From Candidatus Bathyarchaeota archaeon (lineage in GTDB: Archaea; Thermoproteota; Bathyarchaeia; 40CM-2-53-6), in NCBI GenBank assembly GCA_963753065.1, contig CAVWAQ010000002.1, positions 74,185 through 138,184 on the forward strand: a stretch of DNA of 64,000 nucleotides. The letters are read 5' to 3'. The notes below the pieces were generated by a model, which searched no databases, was not told the DNA's origin, and was given only the letters and a program-made list of their open reading frames with translations. The position numbers and the translations under genes are program-made. Positions 9,569 to 20,194 of this stretch are shown piece after piece (position 1 is the first letter of the stretch; each line of letters begins with the position of its first letter).

Positions 9569-10822
9569 CTAAGTGCCTTCTCGGTAGTCGTGCAAGTAGT
9601 GGTCTTGGCCGGTCGTCAGACTATCGATGGTCATCCCCATTGTCTCCAGCTTCATCTTTGCGATCTGCCTCTCGTAGTTCTCCGGAACGGGATACACTCC
9701 CGGTTGAAGGTCTCTGCCTTTCTCAGCCAGGTAGACCAACGACAAGAACTGTGTCGCGAAGCTCATGTCCATCACCTCCGAAGGATGTCCCTCTGCTGCG
9801 CCTAGGTTGACCAGTCTTCCCTCGGCGAGGAGATAGAGCCTGCGGCCGTCCCGCAAGGAGTACTCCACATTGTTTGGCCTGATCTCCCGTTTTCTCTTGG
9901 CCAAACGAGCAAGGTCTCCCACGGAGATCTCGACGTTAAAGTGACCCGTGTTGCAAAGGACAGCTCCGTCCTTCATGCGTTTCATATGCTTCTCCGTGAT
10001 GACATCCTTGCAACCAGTCGCTGTAACAAAGACATCTCCTACAGCGGCGGCTTCAGCCATTGACATTACCCGAAAACCATCCATAGCCGCTCTAAGAGCA
10101 TTCAGGGGGTCGACCTCGCAGACAATGACGTTAGCTCCCATTCCCCTCGCCCGGTTTGCGAGCCCACGTCCGCAGTGCCCATATCCCGCAACTACGAAGC
10201 TCTTGCCGCTCAGTAGGAGGTTCGTGGCTCTCAGGATTCCATCCAGAGAGGATTGACCTGTTCCGTAGACATTGTCAAAATCCGATTTAACCTTCGCATC
10301 ATTGACTGCCACTATCGGATATCTGAGCATGCCTTGATCTGACATCGCACGCAGGCGATGAACGCCAGTCGTTGTCTCTTCAGTTCCCCCAATGATTCCG
10401 CTTATCTGATTGGGTCGTTCCTGATGAAGCGTGAAAACCAAGTCCGCTCCGTCATCCAGAGTGAGCTGAGGCTTGCGGTCAAGTACCTGACTAACGCACC
10501 AGTAGTACTCGGATGTCGAGAGTCCTCGCCAAGCAAACACCGACACGCCCTCTTTCGCCAAGGCAGCAGCAACATCGTCTTGAGTTGAGAGCGGATTGCA
10601 GCCGCACCAAGCAGCCTCAGCGCCTGCATCGCGGATCGCTCTCACCAGAACTGCAGTCTCTTTGGTCACGTGAAGACAACCGCCGATCCTGAGGCCCTTA
10701 AGTGGTCGATTCTTCAGCGCTCTCTTTCTCAGAGCCATTAAGACAGGCATACGAGATTCTGCCCACTCAATCTTGAGCAGTCCTTGCTCGGAAAGAGATG
10801 GGTCACGAACTTTCGACGACAT
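9569..10822 (-). CDS. ahcY: Adenosylhomocysteinase
   Basis: GCLHVT, CNPLSTQD, EETTTG, DNVYGTGQS, GRLVNLGAAEGHPSEVMD. Confidence 0.97.
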   Translation of the reverse strand: MSSKVRDPSLSEQGLLKIEWAESRMPVLMALRKRALKNRPLKGLRIGGCLHVTKETAVLVRAIRDAGAEAAWCGCNPLSTQDDVAAALAKEGVSVFAWRGLSTSEYYWCVSQVLDRKPQLTLDDGADLVFTLHQERPNQISGIIGGTEETTTGVHRLRAMSDQGMLRYPIVAVNDAKVKSDFDNVYGTGQSSLDGILRATNLLLSGKSFVVAGYGHCGRGLANRARGMGANVIVCEVDPLNALRAAMDGFRVMSMAEAAAVGDVFVTATGCKDVITEKHMKRMKDGAVLCNTGHFNVEISVGDLARLAKRKREIRPNNVEYSLRDGRRLYLLAEGRLVNLGAAEGHPSEVMDMSFATQFLSLVYLAEKGRDLQPGVYPVPENYERQIAKMKLETMGMTIDSLTTGQDHYLHDYREGT

Positions 10823-10910
10823 GCCATCGAGTATTGAGGGCTTGCCTCTTAAATCTTGAAAGGAACCGGGGCTCCGGCCACCGAATGTAATGACCGTTCG
10901 CTCAGACGTA

Positions 10911-12177
10911 TCACGGGAATATTCCTCTGAGTTTCGTTATCTCGGCCATCTTGTCTACCGCCAACATGTAGGCTGCCTCTCTCAAGGTGACCTTGCGTTC
11001 TTCAGCGAAATCGTGGATTTGACCAAACGCGCCCGTCATCAAGACTTTCAGCCTTGAGTTGACTTCGCCCTCTGACCAAAGGTATGCCTGGATATCTTGA
11101 ACCCACTCAAAGTACGAGACTATCACTCCACCCGAGTTTGCAAGGATATCAGGAACAACGTGCACACCTTTTTTCTGCAAGATGTCGTCTCCGTCTCTAG
11201 TTACTGGCCCATTAGCTCCCTCGACTATTATCTTGGCCTTGACCTCTGATGCATTCGATTCGGTGATCTGGTTTTCAAGCGCGGCCGGAACCATGACATC
11301 GCTTTTCATTGACAGCAATCGACGGTTTGCCTCTGCCATGTCGGTAACGACCTCGCCACCCGCAAAGCCGCGAATTCCTTTCGTCTTCATTGCGTGAAGT
11401 GACGAGGTTTGGAACATCGATCCCTTTGGGGTTGAAGATTCCCCCGCTCATGTCGGTAATTCCAACGATTCTGCAGCCATCATCATGCAGAAACCTTGCG
11501 ACGTTCATTCCGACGTTTCCGAAGCCCTGAACGGTAACTGTCGTGTCCTTCGTGTCCATGTTGAGGTGCTGTAGCATCTCCTCTGCGACGTATGCGAGTC
11601 CTCTGCCGGTGGCAGTGGCTCTCCCCTTTGATCCTCCGAGTTGTAGAGGCTTCCCTGTGACGACGCCCGGGACCGTGTATCCTCTGAGCATACTGTACGT
11701 GTCCATAATCCACGACATTGTCTGGTAGTCCGTGTTGACATCTGGGGCAGGGATATCTTGCTCGGGCCCGATGAGCGGGAGGATCATGTACGTGTAACGT
11801 CTGGTCAACCGCTCAAGCTCATCCATGGACATCCTCTTTGGGTCACAGGCAACTCCGCCCTTTGCGCCTCCAAAGGGGATATCCACAACTGCACACTTCA
11901 GCGCCATCAGGCCGGCGAGCGCTGTCACCTCTTCCAAACTGACATCCGGATGATATCTGATCCCGCCTTTGCTTGGGCCTTTCACGTAATTGTACTGCAC
12001 GCGATAACCGGTGAAAATCTCAACTTCTCCATTGTCCATCTTGACGGGAAAAGTAACCATCAGGCTTCTCCGAGGCGTTCTCAAGGTCTTGTGAATGCCG
12101 CGTTCAAGGTTCAGTTTCTTTGCCGCGTCGTCTATTCTGCCAATCACGTCATCTAGGAACTTCTGACCCTGCGACAT
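10911..12177 (-). CDS. gdhA: Glutamate dehydrogenase with a single frameshift near 11400 (probable sequencing error)
   Basis: [30 protein letters not shown] in the 5' ORF; [29 protein letters not shown] in the 3' ORF. Confidence 0.9.
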
Positions 12178-12330
12178 CGGGACATGCCTTCTAATCTGCC
12201 AAAGAGCCGGCGCCAGTATATCAACTCACCACGGAACAAAGGGCCCCCGAGAAATTCTGAGCCCTGCCAAGCTGCGCACGTTGACGGACCGTACTACTAC
12301 AAATACGATACCGCGGTAAATGATGTAGTC

Positions 12331-13566
12331 ATGCTCGAATCGATGTTGACTGAGGACCAACGGAAACTACGTGACGACACCCGGGAGTTCGTCAGATCAG
12401 TGCCACGTCAACTGATCCTGGACATGGATGCTGATCGTGTGCAATATCCGCGTGACTTTGTGCTTGAAGCCGGACGGCGAAACCTCTTGGGCTTGCGCTT
12501 TCCCGCAAAGTATGGCGGACGAGGACTGGGATGGAAAGACGAGGTTGTCGCCATTGAAGAAGTGGGCGTGCTCGGCACTTCACTAGCCTGCGCCTACGTA
12601 ATGCCGAGCATCGTCGGGGAAGCGCTCAACACGTTCGGGAACAATGAGCAAAAGGAACGATGGCTCAGACCCCTTCTAACTGGAGACAAGGTAGCCGCCG
12701 AAGCCCTAACTGAGCCAAGAGGCGGATCAGATTTCTTCGGCACAACCACAGAAGCCCGACGAGAAGGCGATCACTACATCCTACGTGGCCAGAAACGCTT
12801 CATCGTCGGTGCAGCAAAATCCGACTTCTTCCTAGTCTACGCTCGCACCAGCCCCAACGGTCCAGCACATCAATCAATCAGTGCGTTCATCGTGGAGCGA
12901 GGACCGGGTGTCGAGGCCGAATACCTATATGGATTGCTAGGCACCCGTGGAGGTGGAACCGGACGTCTCGTTCTCAGTGATACTCAAGTTCCTGCAGAGA
13001 ATCTTCTCGGCAAGGAGAACTGCGCGAGCGAGATCTTCTATCGAATGATGATTCCGGAGCGTATGACGAGCGCTGCAGGAGCGATCGGGATGGGTCGTGC
13101 GGCGCTGGAAGTGGCGACCCGCTATTCAGATCGGCGCAAGGCGTTTGGAGAGAAGATCCGCAAGTTCGAGGCGATCAGCTTCAAAGTGGCGGACTCCATC
13201 ACTTTGCTTGACGCCGCACGTGGGCTTGTTCATGGTGCCGCCTGCACCGTCGATACAGGTGACGATCCGAACCGCTCGCGGCGGTTGGTCTCAGAAGCCA
13301 AGAAGTTTGCAACTGATACTGCGTGGCAGGTCATTAATCATGCAATGCAGATCATGGGCGGCATCGGATACACCAGCGTCTACCCAATCGAGCGTCTATT
13401 ACGTGACGCACGCCTCATCATGATCTGGACAGGCACCAACGAAGTCATGGATCTCATCATTCAACACGAGTACTACCGGGAACTGCTCGCCGCTCCGCCC
13501 CAGACAAGAGATACGGAAGCAGACGCCCAAGACGCTCATCGGACCGAAGAGAAAGTGTACGAATAG
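12331..13566 (+). CDS. Acyl-CoA dehydrogenase
   Basis: [37 protein letters not shown]. Confidence 0.92.
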   Translation: MLESMLTEDQRKLRDDTREFVRSVPRQLILDMDADRVQYPRDFVLEAGRRNLLGLRFPAKYGGRGLGWKDEVVAIEEVGVLGTSLACAYVMPSIVGEALNTFGNNEQKERWLRPLLTGDKVAAEALTEPRGGSDFFGTTTEARREGDHYILRGQKRFIVGAAKSDFFLVYARTSPNGPAHQSISAFIVERGPGVEAEYLYGLLGTRGGGTGRLVLSDTQVPAENLLGKENCASEIFYRMMIPERMTSAAGAIGMGRAALEVATRYSDRRKAFGEKIRKFEAISFKVADSITLLDAARGLVHGAACTVDTGDDPNRSRRLVSEAKKFATDTAWQVINHAMQIMGGIGYTSVYPIERLLRDARLIMIWTGTNEVMDLIIQHEYYRELLAAPPQTRDTEADAQDAHRTEEKVYE

Positions 13567-13667
13567 TCACCAATACTAGCGAGATTGTGCGGCAGGAAGA
13601 GCGTGTTCAGATAAATAGGCAATGGTTGCACAATGTCGCCAACAGTGACAATTTGAAGGGAACAAGA

Positions 13668-14429
13668 ATGCAGAACAGATTGAGATCTCAGCTTCATCAG
13701 GGTCAAGCCACGTTCGGAGTTACGGTGGGCATAGGACACCCTGAAGTCTCATACACTTTAGGCAACATTGGCCTAGACTGGATCAATTTCGATATGCAAC
13801 ATGGAGTTCTAGGCGTCGAGACTCTTACCACGATGATCCAAGCGATGAGTTACTCTCAGACCGTGCCGATTGTCCGAGTGCCATCGAACGAACTTGCCAT
13901 CATCAACAATGCTTTGGACTTTGGAGCTTCTGGCGTGATCATTCCTCTGGTAAACTGCCGGGAAGATGCTGAGAAGGCCGTGCGGTCGGCGAAATACGCT
14001 CCGAAAGGAACACGAAGCTGGGCCCAACGCGCCACGCAAGGAGATCCCGACTATGCCGCCACCGCCAACACAGAGCTCATGGTGATCCCGCAGATTGAGA
14101 CGGAGACCTCCCTTCAGAACTTGGAAGAGATAATCTGCACTGACGGCATCGAAGCGGTCTTCTGCGGCCCATACGATCTTTCAATGTCACTTGGCATCTT
14201 CCGCCAATTTGACAATCCAAAGTTCATGAAAGCGCTGGATTTGATCGTCTCCACATGCCGAGCGCATGACGTTGCTCCGGGGCTATTGGCTCCGATAGGC
14301 TCCGTCGAGGAAAGCCTTCGATCGGGATTCAAATTGATCTCGCTCGGAGGTGATCTGCCCATGCTCAGGGACGGTGTCTCGAAAGCTCTCGAGACGGCAC
14401 GAAACGCACTGAAGTCACGATCAATCTGA
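13668..14429 (+). CDS. HpcH/HpaI aldolase family protein
   Basis: DMQHG, VRVP, LDFGASG, PQIET, GPYDLS. Confidence 0.9.
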   Translation: MQNRLRSQLHQGQATFGVTVGIGHPEVSYTLGNIGLDWINFDMQHGVLGVETLTTMIQAMSYSQTVPIVRVPSNELAIINNALDFGASGVIIPLVNCREDAEKAVRSAKYAPKGTRSWAQRATQGDPDYAATANTELMVIPQIETETSLQNLEEIICTDGIEAVFCGPYDLSMSLGIFRQFDNPKFMKALDLIVSTCRAHDVAPGLLAPIGSVEESLRSGFKLISLGGDLPMLRDGVSKALETARNALKSRSI

Positions 14430-14932
14430 GCAATAGTCTTGGACAACGACTTGACTCAAGCTATACTGAGAATCAGCCTCGATGGTTTCGAGAAATCACG
14501 CGACGTGTTCTCACCATCGTCACGAGCCTCATCCCTGCTGGAACTGGCACAGCTACATACGAGTACCAAACTGATGAGTGCCGCCGAGGAAAGCAGCTAC
14601 CGATGCCACGTCTGCGTTTCCTTTCAGGCCCGATACCGCAGTGAAGAAAGCTCTGCAACGTGAACGGTCCACACTAGAGGCAACGACGCGCGGAAGACTG
14701 CCCTCAGAATCGAATTGGGAGCCACAGCGTCGGCAACTGAGACACTAGTTTCCCGTATCGCAATATGATCCAGAGAGAGCGCTCACAGAGTCTCGCTACC
14801 TCCGCTTGTTTGTGGAAAACACAAAACGGCCAATGGAAGAGGTGGGGTTGACAAGTCCAATCTGTCACAGAAGCCAGCAGGAACCTCTTTGGTTAGCGAC
14901 TGTTGCTCGTGCCGCCAGCTGACGCCTACCAG

Positions 14933-15748
14933 TCAGCGTTTCTGACACTTGGGGCAAATGTAGCTCGCTGTGTTGCCGGTTCTGATCTTCATTATCGCAG
15001 TTTTGCACACTGGGCAGGGTTCGCCTGTCTTGTATGCGACCAAGTAGTACTCCGGCCCATATTTCCCATAGCGGCCGTAGAGGTCCCTTTCATACTTCAA
15101 GCCTCCAAGTCTGATACTCAGATTCAGGACTTCTTGCATGCTTTGATGAAGAGCTTCGATCTCCGGCTCGGCAAGCGTGGGGATCATGCGAAGAGGATGA
15201 AGTCTAGCCTTGAACAAGATGTCCTGAACGTACACGTTGCCTATTCCAGCAACATTCTTCTGATTCAACAGAAAGCTCTTGATCGCCCCCCGTCTACCCG
15301 ACAGCAGGGAGGCCAGCTTCTCTGCTGTAAATTCCCTATCTAAGGGGGATATTCCCAGCTTGTTCGTCATCTTGTGCTTGGGCAGCTCTTTGTCGGACGC
15401 GAGATGGATGTAGCCGAACCAGGAGAATGTGGCCGTTAGTCCGGTTTTGTCATCGAAGGTCAGTCGAAGTTGATACTTTTTCGGCAGGGTGGTGTTGTTC
15501 TCGTGGTAGAGCAAGTCTCCTCCCATGCCAAGATTCAGTAGTAGGTTATCGTCCGGATCTAGGTTTGTGAAAAGCCATTTTCCCCGCGCTTTGGTTTCCC
15601 TAACTGTCTTGGCTCCTATTCTTTGGAACTTCTTAACTGGCATGTTAATGCATCGGGGCTGAGTCACGTCAAGATCGGTGATTCGTTTCCCCTGGAGCTG
15701 CTTCGTCATCTGCCTCGAAAGGTTCGTGATCTCAGGAAGTTCTGGCAT
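14933..15748 (-). CDS. Fpg/Nei family DNA glycosylase/AP lyase
   Basis: N-terminal MPELPE, RGKWL, LGMGG, H2TH GIGNVY, C-terminal CPVC...CPKCQ zinc finger. Confidence 0.93.
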   Translation of the reverse strand: MPELPEITNLSRQMTKQLQGKRITDLDVTQPRCINMPVKKFQRIGAKTVRETKARGKWLFTNLDPDDNLLLNLGMGGDLLYHENNTTLPKKYQLRLTFDDKTGLTATFSWFGYIHLASDKELPKHKMTNKLGISPLDREFTAEKLASLLSGRRGAIKSFLLNQKNVAGIGNVYVQDILFKARLHPLRMIPTLAEPEIEALHQSMQEVLNLSIRLGGLKYERDLYGRYGKYGPEYYLVAYKTGEPCPVCKTAIMKIRTGNTASYICPKCQKR

Positions 15749-16378
15749 AGGCCGTTCGCAGTCCTCGATGAGCCTTGCATTGTATTTAGATTGATTCTGA
15801 AACTGTCGAAGGCATATCCTGACAGCGAGAAGCGACCTCAGCAGAGGATCAGGGCAACAACGACGTAAACGGTCCAACACAGCATGTCGCTCGACCCTCC
15901 TAACCGCGGTCACAGCACGCCCATGTGGGAAGGACACGAACTGTACGTTCGAAGACTCGTCACATTAGAAGTGAGAACATGAGCTCCGAAAGGATTGATT
16001 TCTTGCGTTTGATAGCTTTCACTCTTGGGGCAGGCGCCATAGGGGTCTTGGCCATTCTCGCCCTCATAAGATAGTCACGCACACCTGAGCTGTCCCACAT
16101 ACGTTTCTTCCGTGCTAGGCTCCATTGGCTCAGAGACGGCCAATCGGAAAGAATGTTGACCAGAGGAAGCAACTTCTCCGTCACCGTCCGTTGTTCACCT
16201 CGTTCCCGGATCCTCTGATTTCCACGCAGACGAGGCACGCGGCCGGGCGACAACGGGTTGGACGAGTGGCCCATTGATCCTCTCGGCTGAGACGACTAGG
16301 CAGGTCAGCGGGCGAGTCCTAACCAATCGAAGCAGCCATTACACGTCATCTATGCAATGAGGGGGTTGATGGCGGCCT

Positions 16379-17182
16379 CTACCGGCCCCGGAAGCGAGCC
16401 TTCTTTTTCTGCATAAACGCAGACAGTCCTTCCAGAAAATCCTCCGTGCCGGCTTGTGTTACGAGTCGTTGTCGCTCTCGTTCCAGTTGTGTCTCAAGCA
16501 TTGGGAACAGTGTTGCATTGACGAGCGCCTTGGCGCCGCCAAAGGCAGTCGTCGGTCCTTGGGCCAGCTGAGTTGAGACCGCTCGCGCTCGTTCAAGTAG
16601 TCTGTCATCTGGCACGATTTCGTGTACAAGTCCTAGGGCCAGTGCTTGCCTTGCGTCCAATATTGGGTCGGTCAATAGGAGTTCCATCGTTCTCGCTCCT
16701 CCGATGATCTGGGGAACGATTGCTGTCCATCCCAGGTCCGGAATAAGGCCGATAGATGTGTAGGCTTGCTTTAGCCTAGCACTCTCGGCGGCAAGGCGGA
16801 AATCACAGGCCATTGCTAGGCTCATTCCGCCACCACCGGCCGTGCCGTTGATCGCCGCAATCACCGGCTTCTCCATCAAGCGAATGTCGGTAATCGCACG
16901 ATGCAGGGGCACCGTCAAATCGCGGAAGAAGTCACGGAGATCCCCTCCCGCCTGGTGGTGCTCCCAAGCTGCCTTCATGTCCCCTCCTGCACAAAACCCC
17001 CGACCGGCTCCTGTGAGCAGTACACTTCGGACGTTGTTGTCATCCTTGCAGGATTGGATTGCTTTGGCTAATGCCTCGCTCGTGGAGAGGTTGAGAGCGT
17101 TCAGTACTTCAGGCCGGTTAAGAGTAATTGTGGCGACACTATCAGCTGTAGTCAATTGGACAACTTGATCGGTCATATCCAT
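16379..17182 (-). CDS. Enoyl-CoA hydratase/isomerase (PaaG-like)
   Basis: LNRPEVLNAL, FCAGGD, AINGTAGGGG, GLIPD. Confidence 0.92.
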   Translation of the reverse strand: MDMTDQVVQLTTADSVATITLNRPEVLNALNLSTSEALAKAIQSCKDDNNVRSVLLTGAGRGFCAGGDMKAAWEHHQAGGDLRDFFRDLTVPLHRAITDIRLMEKPVIAAINGTAGGGGMSLAMACDFRLAAESARLKQAYTSIGLIPDLGWTAIVPQIIGGARTMELLLTDPILDARQALALGLVHEIVPDDRLLERARAVSTQLAQGPTTAFGGAKALVNATLFPMLETQLERERQRLVTQAGTEDFLEGLSAFMQKKKARFRGR

Positions 17183-17312
17183 GTCTCACGACTGTATCGT
17201 ATAATGTGAGGGCTTGCCCCAAATGCTTTCCCCTGGCGGTCGCACGACAGTCGCCCCCAAGTCAGCATGACCTATTCTACACTAACCTGTCAAGGATTCG
17301 AATTACAACACC

Positions 17313-17326
17313 CGCACGAATGCACC
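17313..17326. repeat. Left target-site duplication (14 bp)
   Basis: CGCACGAATGCACC abuts the left TIR; direct copy at 23014-23027 with 1 mismatch. Confidence 0.88.
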
Positions 17327-17401
17327 GGGGATATAACGTAAGGCGTGTTTTTGGGTGTCCACGTGGATGTGGTTTTGGGGACGTGGAAGTCCACGTGTAA
17401 G
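17327..17401 (+). repeat. Left terminal inverted repeat (75 bp)
   Basis: Starts GGGGATATAACG; reverse complement of 22939-23013 at 74/75 positions. Confidence 0.95.
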
Positions 17402-17546
17402 TGGAACGTGGAAGTTCAGTTGTTTAACGTGTAAACTGGGCCTTGTTGTCCTAGTTGTTTCGAAACCCAGCTTCATAGGTCTGGGCGTCACTTCAGTCTC
17501 CGTTTAAGTATCCTCACACGCAGATTCTATCAAGGTTCGTTCATGA

Positions 17547-18056
17547 CGAAGAAAACTCAGGCAGACCAAGTATCCGCTCGTCCACGACTTCCAGGAGCCC
17601 TATCGATGGCTAGTCGATACCACAGTGATTTCCTGCTTGGAGAGCAGCCGATTCGGGAAGAAGGACTTCTACAGAATGGACAACTACGTCCTCAGACTCA
17701 GGCTCGAAGCAGCAAGGAAGTTCATTGACGCCCTGCGAGTTAGGTTCAACTCACCTGTTCGATATGCAGGGAAACTCTACAGCTGGGACAATGTAATCAG
17801 ATTGAAAGCACAGGAGCTGGCAAACCATATCCTAGGCAGACGGACTGATCTGGACTTCAGCAAACCCAAGCCGGTTCTACATAGGACTGATTCCGAAGCT
17901 ATCAGAAATCGAATACTGTACATGACAACAGCTGACGCGAGAAAGCGTGGGATCAGAAAGAAGGCCCTGTGGCACATGCAACAGAGGGCTCGCGAGCACA
18001 AGACCTTCGAGATCTACAGCAAAGTGGGAACCAAACTCTCACAGCCGATGACGTAG
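17547..18056 (+). pseudogene. cas1: C-terminal remnant of casposon Cas1 (casposase) with HTH-type extension
   Basis: In-frame YPLVHDFQEPYRWLVD, KDFYRMDNYVLRLR, KAQELANHILG...LDFSKP, DSEAIRNRIL...GIRKKALWHMQQRA; in-frame stop at 17544 and no N-terminal domain. Confidence 0.85.
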
Positions 18057-18291
18057 CACCTCGACAATCTTATTGCAAGAGAACACGTAGATGCCAATGT
18101 ATTTCGAGTGAGTGTTCTCCTTCTCAATTAGCGTTGCCTAGGTACAGCACGGCTGAGATCCTGAAGTCGGCGCTTTCATAGGTGAACCATTGAATTGAAC
18201 CGTTGAATGTGCGCGCACACGAGCCTATCATATCGAACGTGGTGTTGTTTAGTGGGTTCTTTGATCTTTGCTCGAAGATCCAATTCCGGGT

Positions 18292-18822
18292 CTACTTGTT
18301 GAACTTGCTCAGTTCTCTTGCCCGATCAAGTTCTTTCAGTTGGCTGAGCTCCTCGGCCCTCTTTAGAACCTTAATGATTCTGTGGGCTTCGTCCGTGTTC
18401 CTTCCGACCTCGAGGGGATATGTTGCTGCGAATCTTAGAATGCCTTCAGGGTCTATCACGAACAATCCTCTATACGTGATTCTCCTTGTCTTATGGAGTA
18501 TTCCGTATTTTTCCGCTAGTTTTCTGTCCTCGTCGGCTATCAATGGATAGTCTATGATGACCCCGTTTCTCTTCCTGATGTCGTCAATCCATTTCATGTG
18601 TGTTTCAACGGAGTCGACGCTCCATCCAAGGAATTGGACGTCCATCAGATCGAATTCAGATTTCCTATTTGCGAAACAGATTATGTCTGCTTCGCAGATG
18701 GGCGTGAAGTCGGCAGGGTACGCGAAGAGTACCAGCCACTTTCCTCTCAAGCTGGATAGTGAGATCTTGCCTCTCGTTGTATCCGCTGTGAAGTCAGGAG
18801 CTGGCTCATCAAGGCTTACCAT
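18292..18822 (-). CDS. Peroxiredoxin (AhpC/TSA family)
   Basis: APDF, YPADFTPICE, SVDS..H..W, RGLFVIDPEG, VGRN. Confidence 0.92.
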   Translation of the reverse strand: MVSLDEPAPDFTADTTRGKISLSSLRGKWLVLFAYPADFTPICEADIICFANRKSEFDLMDVQFLGWSVDSVETHMKWIDDIRKRNGVIIDYPLIADEDRKLAEKYGILHKTRRITYRGLFVIDPEGILRFAATYPLEVGRNTDEAHRIIKVLKRAEELSQLKELDRARELSKFNK

Positions 18823-18895
18823 CGTGTACCAACGAAAGGGATATGAGTCGAGGCTGTGATTTAAGCTGGACAGAATTACGGAAGAGGTGAGGTTT

Positions 18896-19042
18896 TTGGT
18901 ATCATACAAGCAGGGCGATGTCTACGTTTGCGACGATCCCAAGTGCGATATTGAAGTCACCGTAAGTAAGGGTTGCACGGAGGAAGTTTGTCCAAACTGT
19001 GGCCCCCTAATATGTTGCGATAAGCCCATGGTTAAGAAGTAG
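18896..19042 (+). CDS. 48-aa desulforedoxin-like Cys-rich protein (not in ORF track)
   Basis: GAGGTGA SD then TTG; MVSYKQGDVYVCDDPKCDIEVTVSKGCTEEVCPNCGPLICCDKPMVKK. Confidence 0.8.
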   Translation: MVSYKQGDVYVCDDPKCDIEVTVSKGCTEEVCPNCGPLICCDKPMVKK

Positions 19043-19255
19043 GCGAACCCTCAGATTCTCTTTCTTTCCTTATGTTATCGATTGTCGTAACCCGTCCATC
19101 GACCCTATGTTCCCCCTCTTGTTCTTCGCCGCGATTAAGAAACCAACGTACGCCAAGGGCACGGGACTGGGATTAAGTGTGGCGAAAGCGCTGGTTGAGG
19201 CGCACGGTGAGCGCATATGACCAAAGCGGGCGTGTAGGGAATATGGAGTACAGTC

Positions 19256-19438
19256 CTAGTTCTGGATTGGTGTTGGTTCGCAGAGGTTCTCAGCCTTTGC
19301 CGCTGCCCGTCCACACTGCATGCAAACATATTTTGGACCCCTGACGAACACCAGAAATGCCTTCAAAGTGGTTCCGCCTTCCACTTTCCTACACAGATGA
19401 TTCTCGTGGCCTGTATGACGTTTCTTGAAGAGTGGCAT
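19256..19438 (-). CDS. 60-aa His/Cys-rich putative metal-binding protein
   Basis: HTGHENHLC...PKYVCMQCGRAA....NLCEP. Confidence 0.7.
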   Translation of the reverse strand: MPLFKKRHTGHENHLCRKVEGGTTLKAFLVFVRGPKYVCMQCGRAAAKAENLCEPTPIQN

Positions 19439-19762
19439 AGCTGACCTTCCACTTTCCTGACAGGCCCCACTACCACACTTAACTCTTTGCAGACAGGCGA
19501 TTGACAACCGCGCGGAGTGACTGGCGTTCCTAACCGGAACAAACAAGCGTCACACCAGCATCCCTGCAAGCTGAACCTTCCGTTCAAAAAGCTCTCCTGG
19601 GGTCAAACTGAGGAACACAATCGAACACATGTCTCCTCGTGGAAAGCGTAGAATACCCAATCGAAATTCTCGGGTATTGCAGACACCACTACGAGTGGAG
19701 CCCAGTTATGTGTTGGAAGTCTGTGCTGTGCAAGCCCATGATCGCTCTCACTTAGTTGCAGA

Positions 19763-20182
19763 CTAGTGGTTTGGGTGCTGAATTGGATTTCCATGATTGC
19801 AGTGGGAAGGCCGGTTGAGGGCTTTGCACATCTTCTGTATGACGGTTTTGTCAAGCAGGTAGTCGACTTTCGAAGCCTCCTTGCAAGACTTCTCGTGACT
19901 CAAGCCGAGTATTCTGCTGAAGTAGAGTTCGACAATCCTGTGTCGATGCATTATGGACTCTGCCAACGTGACACCTTTTGTGCTCAGCTTTGGAACCTTC
20001 CAAGGTTTGCGCATGACAAACCCTTTCTCCTCAAGCCTTTCTAGGATCCCTATCGCGGTCGGTAGCCTCACACCAAATTGCTTCGCCAATGTGGACACCG
20101 ATGTCGCGCGACGGGACTCATTGAGACGGTGCATCGTCTGGAGGTATGCCACCTCAGATCTAGTTAATTCAGGAACACTCAA
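19763..20182 (-). CDS. DtxR/MntR-family metal-dependent repressor
   Basis: N-terminal wHTH, HRHRIVELYF, EASKVDY, PSHCNHGNPI. Confidence 0.9.
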   Translation of the reverse strand: MSVPELTRSEVAYLQTMHRLNESRRATSVSTLAKQFGVRLPTAIGILERLEEKGFVMRKPWKVPKLSTKGVTLAESIMHRHRIVELYFSRILGLSHEKSCKEASKVDYLLDKTVIQKMCKALNRPSHCNHGNPIQHPNH

Positions 20183-20194
20183 ACAAGCGCAACC

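Noticed and set aside
17206-17316. Intact tRNA at the casposon target
   Set aside because: No pairing T stem, D arm or acceptor partner found.
17327-18056. CRISPR-Cas locus suggested by the cas1 fragment
   Set aside because: No repeat-spacer array or other cas genes seen; the C-terminal extension, TIRs and TSD fit a casposon.
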